From the NCBI GenBank assembly GCA_965224485.1, contig CBDCZH010000011.1, positions 1-27,214 of the forward strand: 27,214 nt of DNA, given 5' to 3'. The notes beneath the pieces were generated by a model. The model searched no databases and was not told where the DNA came from. It worked only from the letters and a program-made list of their open reading frames with translations. The stretch is from Arcobacteraceae bacterium (GTDB lineage Bacteria > Campylobacterota > Campylobacteria > Campylobacterales > Arcobacteraceae). Positions 7,639 through 16,279 of this stretch are shown in pieces. Both the position numbers and the translations under genes were made by a program. How positions within the stretch are numbered: position 1 is the first letter of the stretch; each line of letters begins with the position of its first letter.

Positions 7639-8676
7639 TTAAAGTATTAACATTCCATCGCCATAAGAGAAAAATCTATATTTTTCTTTTACTGCTAATT
7701 CATATAACTCTAATGTTTTTTCAAGTCCAACAAAAGAAGCTATTAACATTATTAATGTTGATTTTGGTAAATGAAAGTTTGTAAGTAAATGGTCTACTTT
7801 TATAGGAGTATTAGACGTATTTAAAAATAAGTCACATTCACCTTGAATTTTATTTGTTCTTGCATAATACTCAATAGTTCTTGTTACTGTTGTTCCAACT
7901 GCTAAAATTTTCTTAGAAGTATCTATTGCTTTTTTTGCTTTTATTCCTATTTCAAAATATTCACTATGCATAGGGTGGTCTAAGATATCATCTTTTTCTA
8001 CTGGTTTAAATGTTCCAGCGCCTACATGAAGGGTTAAAAAGTTTGTTTCATAAGTTTTTTGTAAGTCTTGCAATAATTCTTTAGTAAAATGTAGTGATGC
8101 CGTAGGTGCTGCTACTGCTCCAAAGTTTTTAGCAAAAAGTGTTTGATAATTTATTTCATCTTCTTTATTATCTTCTCTATTCATATAATGAGGTAAAGGA
8201 AGGTGTCCAATTTTATTTAAAATTTCTACTAAGCTTGAAAAGTCTAGTTTTTTATCATTTTGAAAAAAGTTAACTATTCTACTTCCATCTTCTTCTAATC
8301 TTAGAACATCAACTGTGATATTTGAATCAAAGTATATTTTTGTTCCTATATTTACTTTACCTTTTATCATAACAACAAATTCATCCATATACAAAGCTTT
8401 GTTAAATAGAAGTTCTACTTTTCCACCTGTATCTTTTTTACCAAAAATTCTTGCTTTTATAACTTTTGTATCATTTAAAAAGATTGAAATGTCTTTTGGT
8501 AAAAACTCTAAGAGATGTTTATATGTACTATGAGTAATAGTATTAGTTTTCCTATTATAAACAAGAAGTTTTGCACTATCTGCTGGAAAGATGGGTTTAG
8601 AAGCTATGAGCTCTTTTGGTAAAGTATACTCATAACTTTGTGTTTTTAAAGGATCTATTTTATTCGTCCTCATCAT
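7639..8676 (-). CDS. queA: S-adenosylmethionine:tRNA ribosyltransferase-isomerase
   Basis: NDTKVIKAR, GAVAAPTASLHFT, TLHVGAGTFKPV, TNFHLPKSTL, YRFFSYGDGML. Confidence 0.97.
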   Translation of the reverse strand: MMRTNKIDPLKTQSYEYTLPKELIASKPIFPADSAKLLVYNRKTNTITHSTYKHLLEFLPKDISIFLNDTKVIKARIFGKKDTGGKVELLFNKALYMDEFVVMIKGKVNIGTKIYFDSNITVDVLRLEEDGSRIVNFFQNDKKLDFSSLVEILNKIGHLPLPHYMNREDNKEDEINYQTLFAKNFGAVAAPTASLHFTKELLQDLQKTYETNFLTLHVGAGTFKPVEKDDILDHPMHSEYFEIGIKAKKAIDTSKKILAVGTTVTRTIEYYARTNKIQGECDLFLNTSNTPIKVDHLLTNFHLPKSTLIMLIASFVGLEKTLELYELAVKEKYRFFSYGDGMLIL

Positions 8677-9391
8677 CTAGTGGTGTTGCTGGATTAAATA
8701 CTTTTGCAATATAAATTGAAACACCATATAAAAAGATTAAAGGTCCTGCCATTAAAAACTGTGTTAAAACATCAGGTGGTGTTAATAATGCTGAAAATAC
8801 AAAAATTAAAACTACTGCATATTTAAAGAAGTCTTTTAACATTTGATCATCAACTAAACCAATTTTAGCTAGAAAAAAAGTAATAACTGGTAATTCAAAA
8901 GCAATACCAAAACCAAATAATAGTTTTGTAAAAAATCCTACATATTTTCCAATACTAGGAAGAACTGTTACAACTGCTGAACCAAAGTTAATCAAAAAAT
9001 CAAAACCAAAAGGAACAACAACATAGTACGCAAATGAAGAGCCAACTAAGAACATTAAGGTTGCAAAAAATACAAAAGGAATTACTAACATCTTTTCATG
9101 GTCATATAAACCAGGAGACATAAATAACCAAAATTGCCAGAAAATTATTGGCATAGAAACAATAAACGCAGAAAAGAATGATACTTTAAGTGCTGTAAAA
9201 AATGTTTCTTGTATCTCAATTGCAATCATTTGTGTTCCAGGAGGTAAAACAGCCTCAACTGGAATCATCATCCATTTTAAAATTGGTTCATAAAAATAAA
9301 AGCAAGTAAAAAATGCAACAATTAAAGCAAGAACTGAAATTACTAATCTTTTCCTTAAATCAGCAATATGTGGTTTTAAGTCTTCTAACAT
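8660..9391 (-). CDS. tatC: Twin-arginine translocase subunit TatC
   Basis: HIADLRKRL, SPGLYDHEK, FGIAFELPV, LTPPDVLTQ; about six TM helices. Confidence 0.97.
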   Translation of the reverse strand: MLEDLKPHIADLRKRLVISVLALIVAFFTCFYFYEPILKWMMIPVEAVLPPGTQMIAIEIQETFFTALKVSFFSAFIVSMPIIFWQFWLFMSPGLYDHEKMLVIPFVFFATLMFLVGSSFAYYVVVPFGFDFLINFGSAVVTVLPSIGKYVGFFTKLLFGFGIAFELPVITFFLAKIGLVDDQMLKDFFKYAVVLIFVFSALLTPPDVLTQFLMAGPLIFLYGVSIYIAKVFNPATPLDDEDE

Positions 9392-9825
9392 TATTTATCC
9401 TGCTCTTCTTGTTTTACTTTAAACTTATCAGTACTTGAAGTGTTTTTCTTCTCTTTTTTTGAAGAAACTTTTTTCTCTTTTTTAATTTCTTTATCTTCAA
9501 TACTAACTTTTTTCTCTTTTATTTTTTTTGTATCATCACCTAACATATCATCTTTTAATATGTCATTCATTCCTAAATTTATATCAGGAATACTAACTGA
9601 TGATTTAGCATCTTCTATTTGTGCTTTAAACTTATTTGCTTCTGCTTTCATTTCACTTATATTTAATTCATTATCTAAAGAAGATTTAGCATCTTCTACT
9701 CCTGATTTAAACTTTTTTAAAAATTTAGCTATATCAACCATTGCACTAGGTAACTTCTCAGGTCCTAAAGCAATAACAGCAATAATTGCCACTAAAAGTA
9801 TTTCAAAAAATCCCATTCCGAACAT
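9391..9825 (-). CDS. tatB: Twin-arginine translocase subunit TatB
   Basis: MFGMGFFEILLVAIIAVIALGPEKLP; directly upstream of tatC. Confidence 0.93.
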   Translation of the reverse strand: MFGMGFFEILLVAIIAVIALGPEKLPSAMVDIAKFLKKFKSGVEDAKSSLDNELNISEMKAEANKFKAQIEDAKSSVSIPDINLGMNDILKDDMLGDDTKKIKEKKVSIEDKEIKKEKKVSSKKEKKNTSSTDKFKVKQEEQDK

Positions 9826-9857
9826 ATATTTTCCTATTTATAGATTGTAAGAGTAGG

Positions 9858-9881
9858 ATTTTACCTAATTTTTGATAAAAT
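9858..9881. promoter_or_regulatory. Back-to-back sigma70 -10 elements for tatB (minus TAAAAT 9863-9858) and djlA (plus TGnTAAAAT 9873-9881)
   Basis: Sequence match to Campylobacterota extended -10 motifs, each about 25-35 nt from a start codon. Confidence 0.55.
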
Positions 9882-9907
9882 CTTCTTATTATTTTTAAGG
9901 ATGTTCA

Positions 9908-10663
9908 ATGAAGTTAATAATTTTGTTTATTGTAGGTTTTATTTTGTATATTATTTCTAAATCTTATAGAACACAAAAATTCGAAAATATAAAATTAAAT
10001 ATAAAAGAAAACTTTCAAGGTGATCTCTTAAATCATGAGGCTGGTATATTAATAGCTCTTATGTCAAAAGTAGCTAAAGCTGATGGAAAAGTCTGTGAAC
10101 TTGAGGCTGAACTGCTAAAACATACCTTTTCTGATATCTCAGCACATTTTGAAAATGCGAGTGAAATAAGAGAAGAGTTGAAAAATATTTATAAAAAAGA
10201 AAAAGATAGTTTTGATAATACTGTTGAATTAGCTACAAGGTTATATAAACTAACAAGAGGCAATTATGCTAAAAGAGTAAAAATATTAGAATATCTTTTA
10301 AATCTTGCTTTTGCTGATAAAAACTTTTCTGATGCTGAGAAATTAATTACAGAAGATATATCAAATGCCCTAGAAATTAAAAAAGAAGATTTTGACCATA
10401 TTGTTAATTCTTTTAAAAACTTTTATGCTTCACAAGCTTCTAATAGTGAGACTTCTTTAGAAGATGCATATAAAGTACTAGAATCAACAAAAGATGATGA
10501 TGCTATAAGTTTAAAGAAAAACTATAGAAAACTTGTAAAAAAACATCATCCTGATATTATTTCGGGACAAGGAGCTAGTACTTCTATTATAGAAGCAGCT
10601 ACTAGAAAACTTCAAAGAATAAATGAAGCATATGAAATAATTAAAAAGAGTAAAAATATCTAA
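9908..10663 (+). CDS. djlA: DjlA-like co-chaperone (N-terminal TM anchor, TerB-like domain, C-terminal J domain)
   Basis: KVAKADGKV..E TerB-like motif; AYKVLE...YRKLVKKHHPD J-domain; INEAYEII. Confidence 0.88.
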   Translation: MKLIILFIVGFILYIISKSYRTQKFENIKLNIKENFQGDLLNHEAGILIALMSKVAKADGKVCELEAELLKHTFSDISAHFENASEIREELKNIYKKEKDSFDNTVELATRLYKLTRGNYAKRVKILEYLLNLAFADKNFSDAEKLITEDISNALEIKKEDFDHIVNSFKNFYASQASNSETSLEDAYKVLESTKDDDAISLKKNYRKLVKKHHPDIISGQGASTSIIEAATRKLQRINEAYEIIKKSKNI

Positions 10664-10678
10664 GTGAAGGAAGTATCT

Positions 10679-10909
10679 ATGGCTAAAAAGTTTCATCATA
10701 GTTTTGAAGTTTGTAATTGTCATAAAGTTACTCTAGGAGAGCTTCTCTTTGTTGTAAAAGAGAAAAAAGCAAGTACTTTAGAAGACTTAGCTTTTCATAC
10801 AGATGCTGGGACTTCTTGCAAGTGTTGTATCTCCCAAGAAGAAGATAGAGGTGAAGAAAAAATGGAACTATATTTAGAAGAAATCTTAAATAAATTTAAT
10901 AAAAAGTAG
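10679..10909 (+). CDS. BFD-like [2Fe-2S]-binding protein
   Basis: VCNC...AGTSCKCC. The start is more likely ATG 10679 (AAGGAAG SD) than GTG 10664. Confidence 0.85.
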   Translation: MAKKFHHSFEVCNCHKVTLGELLFVVKEKKASTLEDLAFHTDAGTSCKCCISQEEDRGEEKMELYLEEILNKFNKK

Positions 10910-10919
10910 TTATTATATA

Positions 10920-11138
10920 ATGAATAAAGAAAAAATTACACTAATAAAAGATATAAAAGAGTTAATAGTAAGTGATAAAAATGATTCAATTGAGATAAAT
11001 CCAAGTTTATTGGAATATTTCACTCAAGAAGAGTTAGAAGAAATTAGAGATTCTTTAGTTTTAAGAAAAAATAATTTTAGAAAAAATAATGCAGATTATT
11101 TAGAAGAAATTTATAATAAAACTAAAAAAGATAATTAA
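10920..11138 (+). CDS. Small hypothetical protein
   Basis: 72 aa; fills the operon gap with 10-bp spacers on both sides. Confidence 0.75.
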   Translation: MNKEKITLIKDIKELIVSDKNDSIEINPSLLEYFTQEELEEIRDSLVLRKNNFRKNNADYLEEIYNKTKKDN

Positions 11139-11148
11139 AAGGAAAAAA

Positions 11149-11907
11149 ATGAATTTTGCTGATATTAAAAATCAAATGATTAAATTTTTAAAAGAAGAAC
11201 TTTCAAAAAGCACTTTAAAAAATGTAACACTTGGTTTATCTGGTGGTTTAGACTCTGCAATAGTTGCTCTTTTATGTAAAGAAGCTTTTGGAAATAACTT
11301 AAAATGTGTTTTAATGCCTACTCAATTCTCAAGTGATAATTCAGTTGATGATGCAATTTGTTTATGTGATACATTTGACATATCTTATGAAATAGTTGAA
11401 ATTTCTCCAATGTTAAGAGCATATATAAATAATATGGATGAAGATAAATTAAGAATAGGGAACTATTCAGCAAGATTAAGAATGTCTGTTTTATATGATA
11501 TCTCTGCACGTGATAAATCTTTAGTAATTGGTACATCTAATAAAAGTGAAATATTATTAGGTTATGGTACAATATTTGGAGATATTGCTTGTGCACTTAA
11601 CCCTATTGGGGAAATGTATAAAAGTGATGAATATGAGTTTGGTAAATTTCTAGGAGTTATTCCAGAAATTTTAGCCAAAAAACCAAGTGCTGATTTATGG
11701 GAAGGTCAAAGTGATGAAGATGAACTTGGTTATACGTATAAACAAATGGATGATGTTTTTAAACTATTTGTAGATAAAAATAAAAGCAAAGAAGAACTTG
11801 TAAAAGAGGGATTTGATGCAAGTTTGATAGATATGTTAGCTAGTAGAATAAAAGCAAATGCTTTTAAAGGAAAGTTACCAACAATTGCCCAAATTAAATG
11901 GAGTTAA
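11149..11907 (+). CDS. nadE: NH3-dependent NAD+ synthetase
   Basis: LGLSGGLDSA, GNYSARLRM, GTSNKSE, GYGTIFGD, PSADLWEGQSDEDELG; no glutaminase domain. Confidence 0.97.
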   Translation: MNFADIKNQMIKFLKEELSKSTLKNVTLGLSGGLDSAIVALLCKEAFGNNLKCVLMPTQFSSDNSVDDAICLCDTFDISYEIVEISPMLRAYINNMDEDKLRIGNYSARLRMSVLYDISARDKSLVIGTSNKSEILLGYGTIFGDIACALNPIGEMYKSDEYEFGKFLGVIPEILAKKPSADLWEGQSDEDELGYTYKQMDDVFKLFVDKNKSKEELVKEGFDASLIDMLASRIKANAFKGKLPTIAQIKWS

Positions 11908-11909
11908 AT

Positions 11910-13046
11910 ATGAAAGAAATAGCATTTTATAAACCAACTATAGGTGAAGAAGAATTAATTCAACTTAAAGATGTTTTAGAATCAAATTCAAAAGATTCAA
12001 AAATTAGTGAGTTTGAAGAAAATATGTCTAATTTTATTGGCTCTAAGTACGCAATAGCTACTTCAAATGGAACAGCAGCCTTACATTTAGCCCTAAGTGC
12101 TATTAAGCTTAAAAGAGGTGATAAGATTTTAATGTCTGTTAACTCTTTTGTAAATGTTCCTGAAGTTGTACGTCATTTTGATGCAGAGCCTATTTTTATT
12201 GATATTGATATGAATGATATGAATATGGATTTAAATAAGTTTGAAAAAGCTTTAGAAGAAAATAAATCAAAAAAACTAAGAGGAGCTATTGTTACTTTTG
12301 TAGCTGGACAAACTCCTGATTTAGATAGATTATATGAAATCTGTAAAAAATATGGAATTATTTTAATAGAAGATGCCACATCAGCTTTAGGTGTTACATA
12401 TAATAATGAAACTGTTGGATCACTAAAAGCTGATATGACAATTTTTTCAACTAATCCATCTAATGGAAGAACTGATTTAAGTAATAGTGGTGTGATTATT
12501 ACAAATAATGAAGAAATTGCAACAAGAGCAAAACTTTTAAGAAATCATGCAGTTACTACGACATATGATGATTATGGTAATTTAGATTATATTTATGATG
12601 TAGTTGATATTGGTTATAAGTATGATATGAGTGAGCTTGATGCCGCTTTTTCTTTATCTCAATTAAATAAAACTAATAAATTTATTAAAAGAAGAAAAGA
12701 GATTGCTGCTATTTATAATAAAAGATTAGCAGGGGTAAAACATATTGCAACATCTGCGCATAAAGATGAGCATATTTTTACTCAGTATATTATAAAAATA
12801 TCAAGAAACAGAGATGCTTTTGCAAGAGCATTAAAAGAAAAAGGTGTTTTAACGGGACTTAATTATATTCCTTTACATCTTTTATCATATTATAAAACAA
12901 AATATTCTATTAAAATTACAACATATGGAACAGCTTTAACATCATATCAACAAATTTTATCTCTTCCTATGTATCCAAGTCTAAGTGATGAAGAAGTGAA
13001 TTATGTATGTGATAAGATAATTGAAATAGCTTCTGAATGGATTTAA
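11910..13046 (+). CDS. DegT/DnrJ/EryC1/StrS aminotransferase family protein lacking the catalytic lysine
   Basis: SNGTAALHLAL, GDKI, PIFIDID, IEDA, LSLPMYPSL. The Lys loop reads FSTNPSNGRTDLSNSG. Start ATG 11910 with GGAG SD is preferred over 11898. Confidence 0.9.
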   Translation: MKEIAFYKPTIGEEELIQLKDVLESNSKDSKISEFEENMSNFIGSKYAIATSNGTAALHLALSAIKLKRGDKILMSVNSFVNVPEVVRHFDAEPIFIDIDMNDMNMDLNKFEKALEENKSKKLRGAIVTFVAGQTPDLDRLYEICKKYGIILIEDATSALGVTYNNETVGSLKADMTIFSTNPSNGRTDLSNSGVIITNNEEIATRAKLLRNHAVTTTYDDYGNLDYIYDVVDIGYKYDMSELDAAFSLSQLNKTNKFIKRRKEIAAIYNKRLAGVKHIATSAHKDEHIFTQYIIKISRNRDAFARALKEKGVLTGLNYIPLHLLSYYKTKYSIKITTYGTALTSYQQILSLPMYPSLSDEEVNYVCDKIIEIASEWI

Positions 13047-14039
13047 TTGAATAAAGCTTTTGTTTCTTGGGTAGAAGATTATCTTTTCTACCCAAATTTT
13101 TTTCAAAAACTACTCTCTATCTTATTGTTACCCCTAAGTTTTGTATATCTTTTAATAATTACAGTAAAAAAAATAATTGCCACAAAAATCAATTTTAATA
13201 TTCCTATTATTTCAATTGGTAATTTAATTGTAGGAGGAAGTGGAAAAACTCCTCTTGTTATCAAATTAGCTAAAAATAAAAAAGATGTAGCTGTTATATT
13301 AAGAGGTTATGGACGAGCTTCAAAAGGTTTGTTTGTTATTTCCAATAATGGTAATATATTAGAAGATGTTAAAACAAGTGGTGATGAAGCTATGTTATTA
13401 GCTAAGTCTTTAAGTAAAGCTACTGTTATAGTAAGTGAAGATAGGAAAAAAGCTATTTTAAAAGCTAAAGAATTAGGTGCTAAACTTATTTTTTTAGATG
13501 ATGGTTTCTCTAAGTATGACATTATAAAATTTGACATTTTATTAAAACCAAAATATGAACCAACAAATAATTTTTGCTTACCAAGTGGTGGCTATAGAGA
13601 ACTTAAGCTAATGTATTCTAAGGCTGATTTAGTTTTAAAAGAAGGAATCGATTTTAAAAGAATTGTTACATATAAAAAAGGCAATCAAACAGTTTCAACT
13701 CTTCCTTTAAAACTTGTACTTTTAACTGCAATTTCAAAACCTAAGCGTTTATTAGAATTTTTACCAAAAAATATTATTCTTGAAGCTTACGAGGATCATC
13801 ATATTTTTACTAAAGATGAAATAAATAACTTAGTTTTGAAATATGTTGGTTATTCATTTATAAGTACGCAAAAAGATTTTGTAAAATTATTAGAGTTTAA
13901 CCTTACTAACTTATATTTGATGAGCTTAGAGCTTGAAATTGAAAAAAATATTGATATTATTGATGAATATATTCGCAATAATTCTAAGTTGGAAAAAATA
14001 GTAAATATTAAAAATATTAGTACAAATCTGCAAAAATAG
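13047..14039 (+). CDS. lpxK: Tetraacyldisaccharide 4'-kinase
   Basis: SIGNLIVGGSGKTP, LRGYGR, GDEAMLLA, LDDGF, LPSGGYRE, TQKDFVK. Confidence 0.96.
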   Translation: MNKAFVSWVEDYLFYPNFFQKLLSILLLPLSFVYLLIITVKKIIATKINFNIPIISIGNLIVGGSGKTPLVIKLAKNKKDVAVILRGYGRASKGLFVISNNGNILEDVKTSGDEAMLLAKSLSKATVIVSEDRKKAILKAKELGAKLIFLDDGFSKYDIIKFDILLKPKYEPTNNFCLPSGGYRELKLMYSKADLVLKEGIDFKRIVTYKKGNQTVSTLPLKLVLLTAISKPKRLLEFLPKNIILEAYEDHHIFTKDEINNLVLKYVGYSFISTQKDFVKLLEFNLTNLYLMSLELEIEKNIDIIDEYIRNNSKLEKIVNIKNISTNLQK

Positions 14040-14048
14040 TGATATACT
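14040..14048 (+). promoter_or_regulatory. Extended -10 (TGaTATACT) for the 14065 gene
   Basis: Immediately after the lpxK stop, upstream of an AAAGGT SD. Confidence 0.45.
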
Positions 14049-14064
14049 TCCTCAAAGGTAAATA

Positions 14065-14445
14065 ATGAATAAAACGTATAAGTTACTAGAAAAAAAAAGA
14101 ACAAAAGACAGAGTTGTTGATGCCATTAAATATGATATAAGAAAATATATTAAAAGAGAAAAAAACAAACCTTTAAGTGAAGGTGTAGATTTTTGGAAAA
14201 TGGAATGTAAAATCTCTAAAGATAGTGATTCTTTAGCTTTTGTTGAGTATACAAATATTATAAAAACAATTGATATTTTAGTAAAAGAAGAAGCCCTTGC
14301 TATAAATGTAGAAATACTTAGCACTAAAGGTATTACAAAAGTAAAAGAGATAAAAACTGAAGAACTTGTAGAAGAAAATGAAGATTCTGAAATTATAGAA
14401 GAAGAGTTAGAAAATAAAGAAGAAGAGCAAGAAGAAGAGAAGTAA
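14065..14445 (+). CDS. DUF6172-like conserved hypothetical protein with acidic tail
   Basis: IRKYIKREKNKPLSEGVDFWKMECK resembles DUF6172 proteins (recalled); Glu-rich C-terminus. Confidence 0.7.
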   Translation: MNKTYKLLEKKRTKDRVVDAIKYDIRKYIKREKNKPLSEGVDFWKMECKISKDSDSLAFVEYTNIIKTIDILVKEEALAINVEILSTKGITKVKEIKTEELVEENEDSEIIEEELENKEEEQEEEK

Positions 14446-14466
14446 AACTTCTCTTCTTTTTATTTT
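14432..14466. terminator. Intrinsic terminator overlapping the last codons and stop of the 14065 gene
   Basis: Perfect 12-bp stem AAGAAGAGAAGT-aaa-ACTTCTCTTCTT followed by T-rich sequence, between convergent genes. Confidence 0.75.
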
Positions 14467-15638
14467 ATAATATGTCCTACGAATTTAGACATATTGTCTA
14501 AAATCTTACCACCTCTTCTAAACCCTAAAGCACAAGCTTCATAAGCATAGAATACACCAGCTTGGTAATATCGTCCTTCTTCATCTTGAGGAAATTCATA
14601 ATATTCTTGATAAATATTTTTATACTTTTCATAATCCCCCTCAGTTTTAACATCTAAAGAATTATCTTCATTTATAATTGCAATATTAGCACCTTCTCTA
14701 CCAAAACATTTTTTCTCAACTTGTTTTGTATTTTCTAAAGGTTCAAAAGATGTTTCAAGTAATAAAGGATGATTTGGATATAAATCCCATAAAATCTTTA
14801 AAAATCCTTTTGATTGAAACATAAGTGTATATGCAGGATTGAATACAATTGATTTTTTCTTAGCAACTATATCATTTAAAAGTAGGGCTAGTTCATTTTC
14901 ATCAATTGCAATATCTTCCCAAGGAATAAGTTTAAAGAAAAATTCAAAACTATCTTCGCCTTTAAAAATACCATCATCGCTAAAATTAACATCATCTATA
15001 TATTCAAAATCCGTATTATAACCAGCTTCACTAGCAATATGCTGTAAGAGTTTTGTAGTGTTTTCATCTTCTATACTACCTTTAACTGAAGAAAATAATA
15101 TTTTCCAGCCTAACTCTTTATAATACTCATCAAAATTCGTTAAATCAGAATCAAGAGTTATAAATCTTTTAAAGTTATCTTTAATTGCTTCATATAAATT
15201 ATTAAACTGAGATGCTTCATCTAAACCATTTTTCTTTAATATTGCCCATTGTATTATGGCTGTCTCAAATAAAGAAGTTGGAGTATCTGCATTAAATTCA
15301 ATTAGTTTTATAGGCTTTCCATCAATTCCACCTGCTAAATCAAATCTTGAGTATAAATGCCAGTGAACATCATCTTCCCATGAGTTTTTTATTAATTCAA
15401 CTAAATTAAAAGGTATATTAATTTCGTGAAATAAATTATTATCAATTACATGCTGTCCTGCTTCACAAAACATATCATATAAGTCATTTGCAGCTTTATA
15501 ATATGCATTTGCTTCATCTTCACTAACTTGTACTACTTCATTGCTTATATAAGAAGTATCATCTTCATCAGTATGCCAAAAAAATCCAATTGATTCTAAG
15601 TATTCATTACTTAAAGGTTCTAGTTTTTGAAGTTTCAT
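14460..15638 (-). CDS. Glutathionylspermidine synthase family ATP-grasp ligase (YgiC/YjfC-like)
   Basis: YSRFDL, KLIEFNADTPTSLFE, FKLIPWE, QSKGFLKILW, FGREGANI. Confidence 0.93.
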   Translation of the reverse strand: MKLQKLEPLSNEYLESIGFFWHTDEDDTSYISNEVVQVSEDEANAYYKAANDLYDMFCEAGQHVIDNNLFHEINIPFNLVELIKNSWEDDVHWHLYSRFDLAGGIDGKPIKLIEFNADTPTSLFETAIIQWAILKKNGLDEASQFNNLYEAIKDNFKRFITLDSDLTNFDEYYKELGWKILFSSVKGSIEDENTTKLLQHIASEAGYNTDFEYIDDVNFSDDGIFKGEDSFEFFFKLIPWEDIAIDENELALLLNDIVAKKKSIVFNPAYTLMFQSKGFLKILWDLYPNHPLLLETSFEPLENTKQVEKKCFGREGANIAIINEDNSLDVKTEGDYEKYKNIYQEYYEFPQDEEGRYYQAGVFYAYEACALGFRRGGKILDNMSKFVGHIIK

Positions 15639-16268
15639 TTATCCTCCAAAAAAAGATCTACTTCTAGATCCAGAACTTCTAGAACCAAAAAAACCTGAAC
15701 TTTTTCTTTTTGCACTTGTTCTTGATGCAGATGCTTTTGCTTTTGAAAAAGAATTTTTACTTCTACTATATGTTTGAGGAGATTTATAAGCAGCTGATCT
15801 TTGATTTTTATAATTTTGATTATTAAAAAGTTTTCCACCAATCCATGAACCAATCATAGCTCCTGCAATAGATGACATTAAAATACCACCTAAACCTGGA
15901 CCTTGATTTGAAACTTGAGCTTGCTGTGGATTTGTTAAAGAAGAAGTTCCATTTTCAATTTTTACATTTTCTTGTTTTACTAAAGTATTAATCTCTTCTT
16001 GGCTTAGAATTCTTTCACTTCCATCTGGTTTTCTTACAACTATTGTTGTTTTTTTACTTGGAAATTCATCTACAATTGTATAAGAGCCGTTTGAAAGTTG
16101 CTCAATTATTACAAAAGCTCCTTGTTTTTGGCTTGCTTGTGCAAAAGCAGAACTATTTTGAAAGTCATTATTTGAATTCTTATCTTCACAACCTGTTAGT
16201 CCTGAGATTAGTAAGGCCCCAAGACCTCCAACAACTGCATAATTAGATATTTTCTTAATATGTTTCAT
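15639..16268 (-). CDS. UPF0323-family lipoprotein
   Basis: Lipobox LTGC; QGAFVIIE, GAMIGSWIG; Ser/Gly/Arg-rich SSGFFG tail; directly upstream of the GSP synthase gene. Confidence 0.85.
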   Translation of the reverse strand: MKHIKKISNYAVVGGLGALLISGLTGCEDKNSNNDFQNSSAFAQASQKQGAFVIIEQLSNGSYTIVDEFPSKKTTIVVRKPDGSERILSQEEINTLVKQENVKIENGTSSLTNPQQAQVSNQGPGLGGILMSSIAGAMIGSWIGGKLFNNQNYKNQRSAAYKSPQTYSRSKNSFSKAKASASRTSAKRKSSGFFGSRSSGSRSRSFFGG

Positions 16269-16279
16269 TTATCTTCCTC

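Noticed and set aside
8185..8208. QueA motif reads GHLPLPHY instead of the usual PLPPY
   Set aside because: A single substitution with all other motifs intact; not enough to infer altered function.
9391..9825. tatBC without an adjacent tatA
   Set aside because: tatB-tatC-queA with tatA elsewhere is the normal arrangement in Campylobacterota.
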